64,000 nt of DNA from a bacterium (GTDB taxonomy: Bacteria; Patescibacteriota; Minisyncoccia; Phycocordibacterales; UBA2100): contig JAYPJF010000002.1 in assembly GCA_038128225.1 (NCBI GenBank), positions 103,451 through 167,450 of the forward strand, written 5' to 3'. This document shows positions 25,305 to 38,700 of the stretch, in pieces. The number at the start of each line of letters is the position of its first letter. Position 1 is the stretch's first letter. Below the pieces are notes generated by a model, which did no database searches, had not been told where the DNA came from, and was given only the letters and a program-made list of their open reading frames with translations. Made by a program: the position numbers and the translations under genes.

Positions 25305-27500
25305 ATGAAATTCTTTGGCAACATCCTGTACGGCGCATTCATCCTCGTTTTTCTCGGGGTAACCGGCCTTTTTCTTGCGACTTTGTTGCCCATTCCCAAC
25401 AATATAGAAATAAAAATCGTGAAGTCAGGCTCGATGGAACCGACGATTCTCACGGGTTCGATTGTGGTGATCAAGCCGCAGGATGTGTATCAAATCGGTG
25501 ACGTCGTGACCTTTGGTGCGGACACAAAGGCCGAGATTCCCACGACGCACCGTATCATCGCGATGCGCACTGATGTCAGCACAACGTGGTTTTCAACAAA
25601 AGGCGATGCGAACGAAGAAGCGGATCCGCAGATGATCCGCGCTGACCAAATCATCGGCAAAGTGCTTGCCGTGGTCCCGTACGCTGGGTACATGCTCGAT
25701 TTTGCCCGTCAACCAATCGGGTTTACGTTCATGATTGGCATTCCGGCCGGGCTCTTAATTCTTGATGAATTCATCAACATTTATAAAGAATTGCGCCGTT
25801 CGCGGCGCAGACGCGATGATGACGAGAGAACGGGAACAAAAGTGGATGAGGTAACGTACATGCGCCCACGTGCAATGGACGACGTATTTGTGCCTATATA
25901 TACGCCTATGGCGCACACAACACCCGCGGCGCACTCGGAATCACGGGCAGGCAAGCGCTTAGTGACTGCGTTCGCTATGTATTTCATTTTTGTGCTTACC
26001 ATTTCTGATACCGCAGGAGCAACGATTTCATACTTCGCAGACACCAACGTATCACATGACAATACACTTATCGCGCGATCCCTCGATTTCACCGTGGATG
26101 CGGGTGAGACGATGGTAGCGTCGATAGGGGAAGGCGACGAGGTGTACGTCACCACGACATTTACTCCTGAAGCAGGGAGTTTGCCGACAGCGTATCGGGT
26201 TGTTGCTGAAAAAACAGGCGGCGTGGAACCGCTGTGCTCGCTCTTGTATGCTGACGCGACTTCTACTCCCACATACACGGGACCGCTCATTGATCTTGTG
26301 ACTGGCACGACCACTGAGGAAATAACCGACTGGCAAGTGCGCGTAACGCTGCCGGACGCAACAGGGGTTGTCGAGAATGATTCGTGCGCTTTCGATCTGG
26401 TGTATCAGGGATGGTATCTCCTTAATGGGCAATGGGGATACACTGACGAGGAACGCGTAAACCTTGAATTTGCCTATACACCGGGAGGCGAAATAATTAT
26501 CGATCCTCCAGGGTTGCCACCAGATGTTGTACTGAATGAATTTTTGCCCAACCCTGATGTGAGCGCGAATGGGCTCAATCTTGGAAGTGATTCCAGCGAC
26601 ATGCCGCTTGGAGAATGGGTTGAGCTCTACAATAACGAGGACACCCCTGTTGATGTCGCCAACTGGTACATAGCGGATGGCGCTGGCGGCATAGGAAATC
26701 AGCAGGCAGTTATTTCGTCATTGAATACTGCTCCGGCAACCACCGTCATTCCAGCGCACGGCTGGCTTGTAGTCTATTTTAACGCTTCAACACTGAACAA
26801 CACGGGCGACTCCATTTATTTGTATACTGATGAGGATTTTCTCATTGATTTTTACTCGTACGGAACTCCAAGTGAGTATTGTGAAAATGAACCGACACCA
26901 GCTGACGCGAATGTTGATACAAGTGCGCCCGGTGTTTGTAGTGGTGCGACAGTCGCACCGAATAAGTCATATGCACGCATCCCTGATGGTATAGGGTCAT
27001 TCATAGATCCGATTCCAACACCTGGAGGAGCGAACATGCCTGACCTTGTCATTGAAGTGGCGGCAGGCAGTGAATCGCAGGAGCCGGTTTTGCCGGAAGC
27101 TGAAGAAACTGATGTGGTGGTAGGCTCTGAACCCGCTGCAGTTTCTTCAGAAGGGGCCTTAAATTCACACGGAGGCGGCTCAAATTCAGACGCACCTTCT
27201 GAACGTGAGGAAATGGGCGCTGGGGAAGCGGACTCGGAAGTGACCGAAAGTGATGACGAAAGTATCTCCGAGGAAAATCCTACCGCAGAGGCGGAGGAGC
27301 CGGAAACACAATCAGTAGAAGCACAACCTGCAGACCAAAACAGTGCACAAGAGCCACCGGGGTCCGTGACGCAGACAGAACCGTCTTCTGCGCCAGAGAG
27401 TGGGCCGGCACCTACAGAACTTCCGCCCGCAATTGAGCCCTCTGCACCCGAGACTCCGCCACCTGCTCAAGCAGTCGATTCCGCACCACCGGCAGAATAG
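25305..27500 (+). CDS. SipW-type (archaeal/eukaryal-type, S26B) signal peptidase I fused to a SipW-substrate-like segment, a lamin-tail domain (LTD) and an acidic Pro/Glu/Ser-rich tail
   Basis: N-terminal TM then KSGSMEPTILTGSIVVIKP...IPTTHRIIAM (catalytic Ser/His boxes of SipW-like peptidases). Internal TM plus DTAGATISYFADTNVSHDNTLIARSLDF resembling the cognate signal. LTD-like VVLNEFLPNPD...EWVELYNNEDTPVDVANWYIAD...GDSIYLYTDEDFLIDFYSYG. Low-complexity tail from about aa 590. Confidence 0.75.
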   Translation: MKFFGNILYGAFILVFLGVTGLFLATLLPIPNNIEIKIVKSGSMEPTILTGSIVVIKPQDVYQIGDVVTFGADTKAEIPTTHRIIAMRTDVSTTWFSTKGDANEEADPQMIRADQIIGKVLAVVPYAGYMLDFARQPIGFTFMIGIPAGLLILDEFINIYKELRRSRRRRDDDERTGTKVDEVTYMRPRAMDDVFVPIYTPMAHTTPAAHSESRAGKRLVTAFAMYFIFVLTISDTAGATISYFADTNVSHDNTLIARSLDFTVDAGETMVASIGEGDEVYVTTTFTPEAGSLPTAYRVVAEKTGGVEPLCSLLYADATSTPTYTGPLIDLVTGTTTEEITDWQVRVTLPDATGVVENDSCAFDLVYQGWYLLNGQWGYTDEERVNLEFAYTPGGEIIIDPPGLPPDVVLNEFLPNPDVSANGLNLGSDSSDMPLGEWVELYNNEDTPVDVANWYIADGAGGIGNQQAVISSLNTAPATTVIPAHGWLVVYFNASTLNNTGDSIYLYTDEDFLIDFYSYGTPSEYCENEPTPADANVDTSAPGVCSGATVAPNKSYARIPDGIGSFIDPIPTPGGANMPDLVIEVAAGSESQEPVLPEAEETDVVVGSEPAAVSSEGALNSHGGGSNSDAPSEREEMGAGEADSEVTESDDESISEENPTAEAEEPETQSVEAQPADQNSAQEPPGSVTQTEPSSAPESGPAPTELPPAIEPSAPETPPPAQAVDSAPPAE

Positions 27501-27533
27501 CGGTGCAAAAAAGTTGTGGTAGAATGCGCCCGC

Positions 27534-28370
27534 ATGGGATGGCTCATACCAACGGCATTTGCTGAAGAAATAGTGCACGCAACAACGACGGCTGCAACGA
27601 CTACACATGAAGCTGCGCATGAGGGTGGCATACACGTTGCGCTCGCGGCAGAAAGACTTGGTGAATTTATTGGTATTCCAATCACAAACACGCTCGTGAC
27701 AAGTTGGGTGGTCATGGCGGTACTTATTGCGCTTGCAGTATTTATCAATCGCCGCATTGCGCTCGTGCCTGGCAAGGCGCAAGTACTTTTTGAAAGCATG
27801 TTTACGTTTGTGTATGACTATGTGCGCGAAGTGCTAGAAAGCGACACGCTCGCGCGAAAGTTCTTTCCGTTTCTTGTTACGTTATTCTTGTTCATTTTTA
27901 CTGCAAACATACTTGAATTTACCCCGGGCATTGGATCGCTCGGCTTTCATCACGGTGACACTTTTGTACCGCTTTTCCGCAGCATGAATACGGACCTCAA
28001 CGTGACACTCGCACTTACGATCATCGCGGTTCTGGTGATAGAAATCACCGGAGTGATTATGCTCGGCTTCTTTCGCTATGCGAGCAAGTTTCTGAACTTC
28101 TCGTCCCCAATCAATTTCGTTGTTGGTCTTATCGAATTGTTTACTGAAGTAGCGCGTTTGGTGTCCTTTTCTTTCCGTTTGTTTGGAAACATTTTTGCGG
28201 GTGAAGTGTTGATTGCCGTTATTGTGTTCTTTTTGCCGTACATAGTGCCAGTTCCGCTGATGCTGTTTGAAGTATTTGTGGGGTTCATCCAAGCGGCAAT
28301 TTTTACACTTCTGACCCTCTTCTTCATCAAAATGGCTATCGCCGAACCGCATGGTTCGGAGGCACATTAA
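27534..28370 (+). CDS. atpB: F0F1 ATP synthase subunit a
   Basis: Polytopic membrane protein heading the atp operon; conserved Arg-containing helix (VSFSFRLFGNIFAGE). Confidence 0.85.
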   Translation: MGWLIPTAFAEEIVHATTTAATTTHEAAHEGGIHVALAAERLGEFIGIPITNTLVTSWVVMAVLIALAVFINRRIALVPGKAQVLFESMFTFVYDYVREVLESDTLARKFFPFLVTLFLFIFTANILEFTPGIGSLGFHHGDTFVPLFRSMNTDLNVTLALTIIAVLVIEITGVIMLGFFRYASKFLNFSSPINFVVGLIELFTEVARLVSFSFRLFGNIFAGEVLIAVIVFFLPYIVPVPLMLFEVFVGFIQAAIFTLLTLFFIKMAIAEPHGSEAH

Positions 28371-28465
28371 GCTGCGTCAGTCTTACAAAGTAACGGCAAG
28401 CCGCTTTCCACTGTGCGGTAGCCGGCTAGGAAAAGCTATGGTACTATGCACGCGTCATTTACTAA

Positions 28466-28708
<243 letters not shown>

Positions 28709-28714
28709 CCTCGT

Positions 28715-29161
28715 ATGAGTGAGCTGTTTGACGCATTTGGAGTTGATTGGCGCTTGCTACTTGTGCAGGCGGTCAACTTCGGCATACTTCTTGGCGCACT
28801 CACGTATTTTTTGTACAAACCAGTGCTTGCGATGATCGAAAAGCGACAGGCGCTCATTGTTGAAGGCGTGCGCGATGCGGAAGCCGCACGGAAACGACTC
28901 GCTCAAGCTGAAGAAGAGCGCAGCGGGATAGTGGGAAGTGCAGCTCAAGAAGCGGAGCGCATTGTGGCCACAGCACGCGAACGCGGCATGGAGAAGGAAG
29001 CGGCTATTGTCACCCATGCGCACGAACGTGCAGAGACACTCTTGAAAGAAGCCGTGGAGCGCGGAGACATTATCAAGCGTGAAGCGATGAAGGCAAGTGA
29101 TGCACAGATTGCACGCGCAGCTGTATTGGCTGCGGAAAAGATTTTGGCGGAAAAAGTTTAG
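28715..29161 (+). CDS. atpF: F0F1 ATP synthase subunit b
   Basis: Single N-terminal TM plus a long charged helix; operon position. Confidence 0.8.
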   Translation: MSELFDAFGVDWRLLLVQAVNFGILLGALTYFLYKPVLAMIEKRQALIVEGVRDAEAARKRLAQAEEERSGIVGSAAQEAERIVATARERGMEKEAAIVTHAHERAETLLKEAVERGDIIKREAMKASDAQIARAAVLAAEKILAEKV

Positions 29162-29162
29162 T

Positions 29163-29519
29163 ATGGAAGCGCGCTACGCACAGGCACTACTTGCCATGGT
29201 TGAGGCCGGAACAACCCCCCACGAGGCGGTGGCAAAACTTGCTGCAGTCTTAAAGGCAAAAGGGAAAGAATCATTACTTCCGCGCATCGCGCACGCAGTA
29301 CAGATTTTCGGGGCAAAAGCACAGAAAGCCCAAGCAATTCTTGAGGTTGCGGATCAGGCGCAGGCGAAACACGCCGCTCACGCAAGTGGTGTTGCGCATG
29401 CGCGCATTGTTGAAAACAAGACGCTTATCGGCGGGTGGCGCGTTTTTGACGGATCGACCCTTAAAGACGCCACATTCAAGCGCCATTTAAAAAATATTTA
29501 TTCACATGTGATTGCATAG
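29163..29519 (+). CDS. atpH: F0F1 ATP synthase subunit delta (short form, 118 aa)
   Basis: Operon position between b and alpha; helical protein. Start at the ATG directly after the atpF stop. Confidence 0.6.
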   Translation: MEARYAQALLAMVEAGTTPHEAVAKLAAVLKAKGKESLLPRIAHAVQIFGAKAQKAQAILEVADQAQAKHAAHASGVAHARIVENKTLIGGWRVFDGSTLKDATFKRHLKNIYSHVIA

Positions 29520-29520
29520 T

Positions 29521-31080
29521 ATGGAACACTCGATCGTAGACAAAATCATCAAGGAGATTGAAAAGTTCTCGCCAACAGTGCATGAGGCAAACGCGGGGCG
29601 CATTGTCTCGGTAGGAGACGGTGTGGTTGCAATCGAGGGAATGAAACAGGCGATTGCAAACGAGGTAATCGAATTTGAAGTTGACGCAGGTAAACCTTTG
29701 AAGAATTCTCTCGATGTTGCGCGCGTATACGGCCTCGTACTTAACCTTGAGGAAGATGGAGTGCGTGCAGTCGTTTTGGGTGAGACAAGTCGGGTGCAAG
29801 AGGGAATGATCGCAACTTCAACCGGCCGCGTGCTTTCAATCCCAGTGAGTGACAATCTCGTTGGACGAGTGGTGAATGCACTTGGTGAGCCAGTTGATGG
29901 ATTGGGGCCAATCAAAGATGCGAAACTTGTGCCGATTGAGCGCGAAGCGTACGGCGTCATTGAGCGTAAGTCAGTGGGAACACCACTGCATACAGGAATC
30001 AAAGCAATCGATGCAATGATTCCTATTGGGCGCGGTCAACGTGAACTTATTATCGGTGACCGCTTCACGGGGAAAACCACAATTGCGATTGATACAATTA
30101 TTAACCAAAAAAGTGAGCCAAAAGAGACTCGTCCTATTTGCATCTATGTCGCCATTGGACAAAAAGAATCCAAAACGGCCCGCATCGTGCAACAACTTAA
30201 GGACGCCGGCGCATTTGAGTACACTGTGATCGTTGATGCACCGGCTTCCGCTCCTGCAGCGTTGCAGTACCTTGCACCATTTGCAGGCGCTGCGATTGGC
30301 GAGCATTTTATGGTGCAAGGCAAAGATGCGCTTGTAATTTATGACGACCTTTCAAAGCAAGCGGTCGCGTATCGTCAACTTTCGCTCTTGTTGCGTCGAC
30401 CGCCAGGGCGCGAAGCGTATCCGGGTGATATCTTCTACCTTCACTCACGACTTCTCGAACGTGCTGCAAAACTTTCCGATGAAAAAGGTGGGGGCTCGCT
30501 GACCGCGCTTCCAATCATTGAAACACAGGAAGGCGATGTGTCTGCCTATATCCCAACTAACGTGATTTCTATTACTGACGGACAAATTTTCCTCGATACG
30601 GGTCTCTTTAACAAAGGTATTCGTCCCGCAATTGATGTCGGCATTTCGGTGTCACGCGTTGGTTCTTCAGCACAAACAAAAGCAATGAAAAGCGTTGCCG
30701 GCACACTGCGTTTGTCACTTGCGCAATTCCGTGAACTCGAAGCGTTTGTGCAGTTCGCCTCTGACTTGGATGAAACGACTGCAAAGCGTATCGATGAAGG
30801 ACGCCGTATGGTTGAGATGTTGAAGCAAGGAAAAGGTGTGCCAATGCCGTTTGAGACACAAGTCCTGGTACTGTACGCTGCCACCAAAGGATTTCTTAAT
30901 GGAGTCTCGGCAGAGGGACTGCGTGGAGCGGAGGCGAAACTTCTTGCGTTTATGGACACACACGCACATGACGTGCTTGCGACCATCCGTGACACAGGGA
31001 AAATCGAAGAAGGTACCAAAGAAAAACTTGAGCGCGCCCTGCACACTTTTAAGGATGCACACAAAGATCTTTTTGCATGA
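29521..31080 (+). CDS. atpA: F0F1 ATP synthase subunit alpha
   Basis: Walker [10 protein letters not shown]; conserved alpha-subunit blocks ([42 protein letters not shown]). Confidence 0.95.
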   Translation: MEHSIVDKIIKEIEKFSPTVHEANAGRIVSVGDGVVAIEGMKQAIANEVIEFEVDAGKPLKNSLDVARVYGLVLNLEEDGVRAVVLGETSRVQEGMIATSTGRVLSIPVSDNLVGRVVNALGEPVDGLGPIKDAKLVPIEREAYGVIERKSVGTPLHTGIKAIDAMIPIGRGQRELIIGDRFTGKTTIAIDTIINQKSEPKETRPICIYVAIGQKESKTARIVQQLKDAGAFEYTVIVDAPASAPAALQYLAPFAGAAIGEHFMVQGKDALVIYDDLSKQAVAYRQLSLLLRRPPGREAYPGDIFYLHSRLLERAAKLSDEKGGGSLTALPIIETQEGDVSAYIPTNVISITDGQIFLDTGLFNKGIRPAIDVGISVSRVGSSAQTKAMKSVAGTLRLSLAQFRELEAFVQFASDLDETTAKRIDEGRRMVEMLKQGKGVPMPFETQVLVLYAATKGFLNGVSAEGLRGAEAKLLAFMDTHAHDVLATIRDTGKIEEGTKEKLERALHTFKDAHKDLFA

Positions 31081-31475
31081 GTATGAGCGAGGCAAGTCCA
31101 CAGTCTACACCACAAGAAAAGCCGAGTGACTTTGAAGCAGTGGTTGCTCGCATTGATGAAGTTGAAAAGCGATTGAAAGGCAAGCGAGCACAACTTGCGG
31201 TACTTAGCGGAAGCGGGCAGCATCAGAGTGCGTTGATCGATGTACTGAAGGGGCGCGCGGCGAAGTTGCGCGAATGGGTGAGGGAAGAGCCTGCAAACGC
31301 ACATCCGCATGAGTTACATGCCGAAGTAGTAAGCGAAGTCCGTGGCATTGATGCGCAGCGCAGCGAGACCTCGAGTGAGGTGCAAACAGTCGAGCGCGAG
31401 ATTGCGGCCCTCGCACTGGAACTAGATGCCTTGCACGAATTGTATGCGTCACTTCGAAAAGAGACGGTGAACTAA
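31077..31475 (+). CDS. hypothetical acidic coiled-coil protein inserted between atpA and atpG
   Basis: ATGA overlap with the atpA stop and a 5-nt gap to atpG. 132 aa, helical with heptad character. No match to known ATP synthase subunits. Confidence 0.5.
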   Translation: MSMSEASPQSTPQEKPSDFEAVVARIDEVEKRLKGKRAQLAVLSGSGQHQSALIDVLKGRAAKLREWVREEPANAHPHELHAEVVSEVRGIDAQRSETSSEVQTVEREIAALALELDALHELYASLRKETVN

Positions 31476-31480
31476 CTTAT

Positions 31481-33774
<2,294 letters not shown>

Positions 33775-33775
33775 T

Positions 33776-34021
33776 ATGGCACACTCGTTTCAGCTCACAA
33801 TTGCTTCTGCGTCAGAGAATATTTTTAGTGGCGAGGCACAGTCGATCACGTTCCCGGGAACCGGAGGAGAATTTACCGTGCTTGCACACCACGAGCCGCT
33901 TGTAAGCACGCTTAAAGAGGGACAACTCACCATCGAGGCGGCTGGAGAGAAAAGACGTATTGCTATCACACGCGGAGGGCTTGTTGAAATCGCACACAAT
34001 CGCGTCACGGTGTTGGTATAA
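33776..34021 (+). CDS. atpC: F0F1 ATP synthase subunit epsilon (beta-sandwich only; C-terminal helical domain absent)
   Basis: 81 aa; FQLTIASASENIFSGEAQSITFPGTGGEFTVLAHHEPLVSTLKEG matches the epsilon N-terminal domain. Confidence 0.75.
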   Translation: MAHSFQLTIASASENIFSGEAQSITFPGTGGEFTVLAHHEPLVSTLKEGQLTIEAAGEKRRIAITRGGLVEIAHNRVTVLV

Positions 34022-34029
34022 TCAGCACG

Positions 34030-35240
34030 TGCCCACTTTTTTGAAAAGTACCTGTATTCGAGCGCTTGTTGTAAGTTCATTTTTTGTCGTCGGGGCGTCC
34101 ATAGTTTCCGCAGCCACTCTTGGGCCAGGGTGTCGCGAGGCGACTGCAGAAGACAAAGCCGCAATGAAGGCGCGCGGTATACCTGAGTCGTTCCAGGTGT
34201 GCCCAGCGGATGAACTTTTACTGGGAGTTGGCAAAGACTTTGAACAATGGTACTCACGAATTAAAAGCGAAGATAGGTGTCGAAGTAATAAATGCACTCT
34301 TTCGTGTCGCACGCGAAATACGGGCGCACAAAGATGCGGCCCTACTTCAAGACGGTGGGGATCGATTGGTTGTCATCCAAATAACAGCACTGCAATTTTT
34401 CCTACCGTCTCGCATGGTTTTGCGGCACATATTGAACTTCTGCGCCGCTATTGTGGCGAGTTTGGCAAATGTACAATCGGAGCTGCGATTACAAAATGGG
34501 CGCCTCCAAATGTTCATAACAATTCCACGCGGAGTTATGTCGCATTTGTTTCTCGTGTTGCGGGAGTGCCAGCGAATCAAGTGTACGATCCAAACGATGT
34601 CGACCTTGTGGCACGGTTAGCAACAGCGATGTCGTGTTATGAGGCCGGGTCCCTTCCATACTCCGCCGCAGAACTTAAAGCAGGATTGGTTATGGCAGCT
34701 GGTGGCAAGAGAGTCGCAACGCCAGCAAATGTTGGTGCGCTGCTTCAAGAAAGTCTTACGGGCAGCTATGCTACAAATCCAAGTGATTCGCCTGGCTCAA
34801 CACCTGATAGCTGGCTCTATCCAAAAAACACTGTCACTGAAGGAAAATACACGCCCAAAACCGGTTCAGGTGTCGATGAGCAACGTGAGACTAGCACAGG
34901 TGACATAAAAGCACCTCCGTCTCCGTCACAAAGTGCCAGCGCAAGCCTGAACAAATCACACACTAGCCCCTCAATTGCTATTGTTGCGTGGCCTGACACG
35001 ACCACGGTTAGACAGGGTGCGCGCATCGCGTGGACAAGCATCGGCATGGATACGGAGCGCCAATGTGTAGTGAAAAATTGGAAAGGGACGACTGTTGCAA
35101 CGGGAACGACCGGTACACTTACACTATTACTTACAAAAGAAGATGCGGGGAAAACTCTCGAAATACATGTTTCTTGCACACCAGAGAATCCTACGGTACC
35201 TGAACTCATAAAAGAGATTTCGGTGCTTGTTGCACAATGA
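34030..35240 (+). CDS. hypothetical secreted protein (signal peptide, Cys-rich N-terminal half, Ser/Thr-rich middle)
   Basis: Start uncertain (GTG 34030 proposed; the ORF frame is open from 33960). Hydrophobic signal ALVVSSFFVVGASIVSAATLG. Confidence 0.4.
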
Positions 35241-35554
35241 AGACATTTCAAAAAAGAAGGGAAGATTTTGTCTGCGAACGGTGCGGAAAAGAAGTGAAAG
35301 GAGACGGCTACACGAACCACTGCGAGCATTGTTTTTGGAGTAAGCATGTGGATGTGCACCCAGGAGATCGTGGTGCAGCGTGCCAAGGAATGATGGCTCC
35401 GGCTACACTCGAACATGAGCGAGGCGAATATGTACTCACACATACGTGTGTACGCTGTGCTCACAAAAAGCGAAATAAGCTCAGTCCGAAAGTGCGCATT
35501 GAAGATGTTCTCGCAGCTATTTCCGAGGCAAACCAAAAAGAGACAAAAAGATAG
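35237..35554 (+). CDS. RNHCP domain protein
   Basis: FVCERCGKEV...GYTNHCEHCFWSKHVD...CVRC: RNHCP signature with Cys pairs. Confidence 0.6.
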   Translation: MKTFQKRREDFVCERCGKEVKGDGYTNHCEHCFWSKHVDVHPGDRGAACQGMMAPATLEHERGEYVLTHTCVRCAHKKRNKLSPKVRIEDVLAAISEANQKETKR

Positions 35555-35582
35555 CCGCCGAGTCATGAGTGACTCGGCGGCC
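35555..35582. terminator. bidirectional hairpin terminator (12-bp perfect stem GCCGCCGAGTCA/TGACTCGGCGGC)
   Basis: Lies between the convergent RNHCP gene and the RND transporter gene. Confidence 0.55.
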
Positions 35583-35709
35583 GCGTTGTGCAAGGGTTGA
35601 TCCCGACGGAGTGTAGGCAATCTCCCTTGCTAGGCAGGCCTTTCGTGTTGGGCCTCGACTCCCCAACCTTATTAACCTGCCTGCGCGCGCGACCGCGCAT
35701 TTCCGGCGC

Positions 35710-38700
35710 CTACAAATTGCTAGGTGGAAGCGTACCAGATGGAGACTGATTTGCAAGTGCGAGCTTCCCTGGCCAACGATAGTAGAGTATAGGGACAAAC
35801 AAAAGCGTAAGCACTGTAGCAAACAAGAGACCAAACATAATCGCGTAAGCGAGAGGACCCCACAATGCGGAACTACCGGCAAGGGGAATCATTCCCACAA
35901 CGGTTGTGATGGTGGTAAGAAGAATGGCACGTAGACGAGAGGCGGCTGCTTCAATAACAACCTCGCGATGTGAAAGTTCGATGCGCTGCGTCTCGAAACG
36001 CTTCATTGAATCAAGTAAGATGATCGCGTGGTTAATAATGACACCTGCAAGTGCGATGATGCCAAGAAGTGATGAGAAACTTAGTGGCTGTTGCATTAAG
36101 AAGAGCCCGAACATGACGCCGATGAGGGAAAGCGGTACCACGGAGAGTAAGTACAGCGTATGGCGGATTGAATTAAATTCCAGGACAAGAATCGCAAACA
36201 TCAAGACAAGTCCACCGATGAACGCAAAAAACATTTCGCGGAACGAACGGTCAACTTCTTCCGTTTCGCCACCGACGATCATATGTACGCCTTCAGGAAT
36301 CTCGACTGTCTCGATTTTTTCTTCAAACGCCTGTGTGATTGCAACAGGGGTTGTGCCGGGTTTCGTGTACGCAGCCACTGATTCAATACGGAGTCTGTCT
36401 TCATGGGTAATAGAAGTGTTGCCGGGTTCGAGTGTCACATCAAGCACCGAACCAAGTAATATTGGCCCTGCGGGCGTTTCAATAGCGATCTGGCGAATCG
36501 CATCAGCGGTGACGTGATTTGTTTCGCTTGGGTCGCGGAAATTTGGATTCAAATCCAATTTCACCAGCACATCAATATCTGTACCACCTGCTTTGATTGT
36601 GGTTGCGATGGCGCCGTTTACTGCAGTGCGTAGCGTTTGAGCAATAAGGAGAGGGCTAAGTCCGTTGGCCGCCGCTTTTGCTCGGTCCACGGAGAAAGCG
36701 AACTGTGTTGTGTTATTGCGTGTGCTCGTGGTTATTTCCGTTGCGCCCGGAATCTCAGCGAGGAGATCTTCAGCTTTCGAAACTGCAGTGGCAAGCTCGG
36801 TGAGGTCTTCACCAGCGAATTTGATCAATACAGGTGCACCGGTAGGCGGCCCGTTATTCGGCTCGTACACGCGCACATCTGCGCTCGAAACTTGTGCGAT
36901 CGCGTCTCGCAAATCTTCAACAGCCTCAGTGCTTGTCACTGAGCGATCCTCACGCAGAAGAATAGTAATGTTTGCAAATCGCGCTCCCGATCCTGCGTTT
37001 TGATTGAAACTGGAGCCAGACCCGGTGGTAGAAACAAATGACTCAATGTATGGCTTGTCGTATAGAAGCTCCTCAACTTCGCGAGTCGACAAGTCAGTTG
37101 CCTGGAGTGAAGTTCCTGCAGGTTTTTCGATCTCAATGTAAATAAAGTTCAAATCTTCTTGAGGGAAGAAAATACTGTGCACCGCACCGGTTGCGGGAAG
37201 CGCGATGGACGCAACAAACAAAACCAGAATGCCAATGAGGAAACGGTTTTCTTTTGTGCGGTTTCCCAGAATGCCGTCAAGGAAAGATCGATACCATTGC
37301 TGCGCACGTGCATTATACGCATCTTGAATTTCCTCAAGGCGGGAGCGCTCGGTCCGCACTGCCATGACTGTAATAAGAGGCACAAGACCCAGCGCAACAA
37401 AAATTGATGCCATCAGCACGAAAATGATCGTGAAGGGGATGCTTGCGATAAATTCACCTACGATCCCGGAAATAAAAAAGAGTGGCACGAACACCGCCAC
37501 GGTCGTGAGCGTCCCCGCAATGAGTGGCCACGCATACTCTTCAAGTGACGCGCGCGCAGCCTCTTCTTTGGTTTTATACTTGTGAATACGCGTGTGAATA
37601 GCCTCCACAACGACAATCCCGGAATCGACAAGAATGCCGATTGCGAGAATCAAAGAAAAGAGAGAAACGAAGTTAATACTGTTTCCGGATACATACAGTC
37701 CGATGAAGGCGATAAGGAACGATAGAGGAATGGAGAGCCCGGCAACAATAGCCTCGCGCCATCCAAGCGTCACGAACAAAACCAGCATAACCAAAAGCAT
37801 CGTGACTGCGCCGGTTTCAGTTAATTCAAACAGGTCACGCTTAATTTCATCCGCTTGGTCGAGCACGGTGGCAATTTCTCCAGTGATTACGCCTGTGCGT
37901 TGCATCTCTTCAAGTTTTTCTGTGGCATCCTGTGCAACTGAAAGAATGTTTGCCTGTGCCGTTTTGAAAACATTGATTGTAAGTGCGGGTTGTGAAGGAG
38001 TACCGTCAACGCTAAGTCGGGAGTATGACCGCGCTGCTTCGACACCGTCGGAGACCAAAGCCACGTCTCGAACGTAGAGCGGGATGCCGCTTCCGGTATT
38101 GATGGGGATATTTTGTACCTCAGAAGCAACATCGACATCGCTTTTAAGTGCAAGCGTATACTCGATGTTATTAACAATGATGTTGCCAACCGGGAGGGAA
38201 ACGTTTGCGCTCTGGATAGCAGTCGCAACGTCTATAAGACGCACGTTGTACTGGTCGAGTTTTTCGCGATTCACTACCACCTGAACCTCTCGATTGCGAA
38301 CTCCGCTTACTTCGACACGCCCGACACCTCCGACACTCTCGAGCTCGTCGATGATAGTTTCAGACAGCTCGAATAGTTCCGAGGGCAGAAAGTCTCCGGA
38401 TACTGATGCGATCAACACTGGTTGGTCGGCAAAGTTTACCTCGCTTACAACCGGGTCCTCAGCTTCCTCAGGGAGCCGTGGCTTTATTGTGTCCACCTCG
38501 TCCTTGAGTTCTTGTATCGATTTGTCGAGATCGGCGCTTGCGTTGAATTCAACAGTAACGATTGAGACGCCTTCGCTTGAACGAGAGGTGAGCTTATTAA
38601 GATTGGGGAGATTGTAGACACCATCCTCAATTTCATTGGTGATGAGCTGCTCCACGTCTTCGGCTGAAGCACCAGGAAGTACCACGGAGACGATGCCAAC

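Noticed and set aside
35906-38617. Multiple 100-200-aa + strand ORFs inside the RND permease gene
   Set aside because: The antisense strand of a 1040-aa gene with a typical AcrB architecture.
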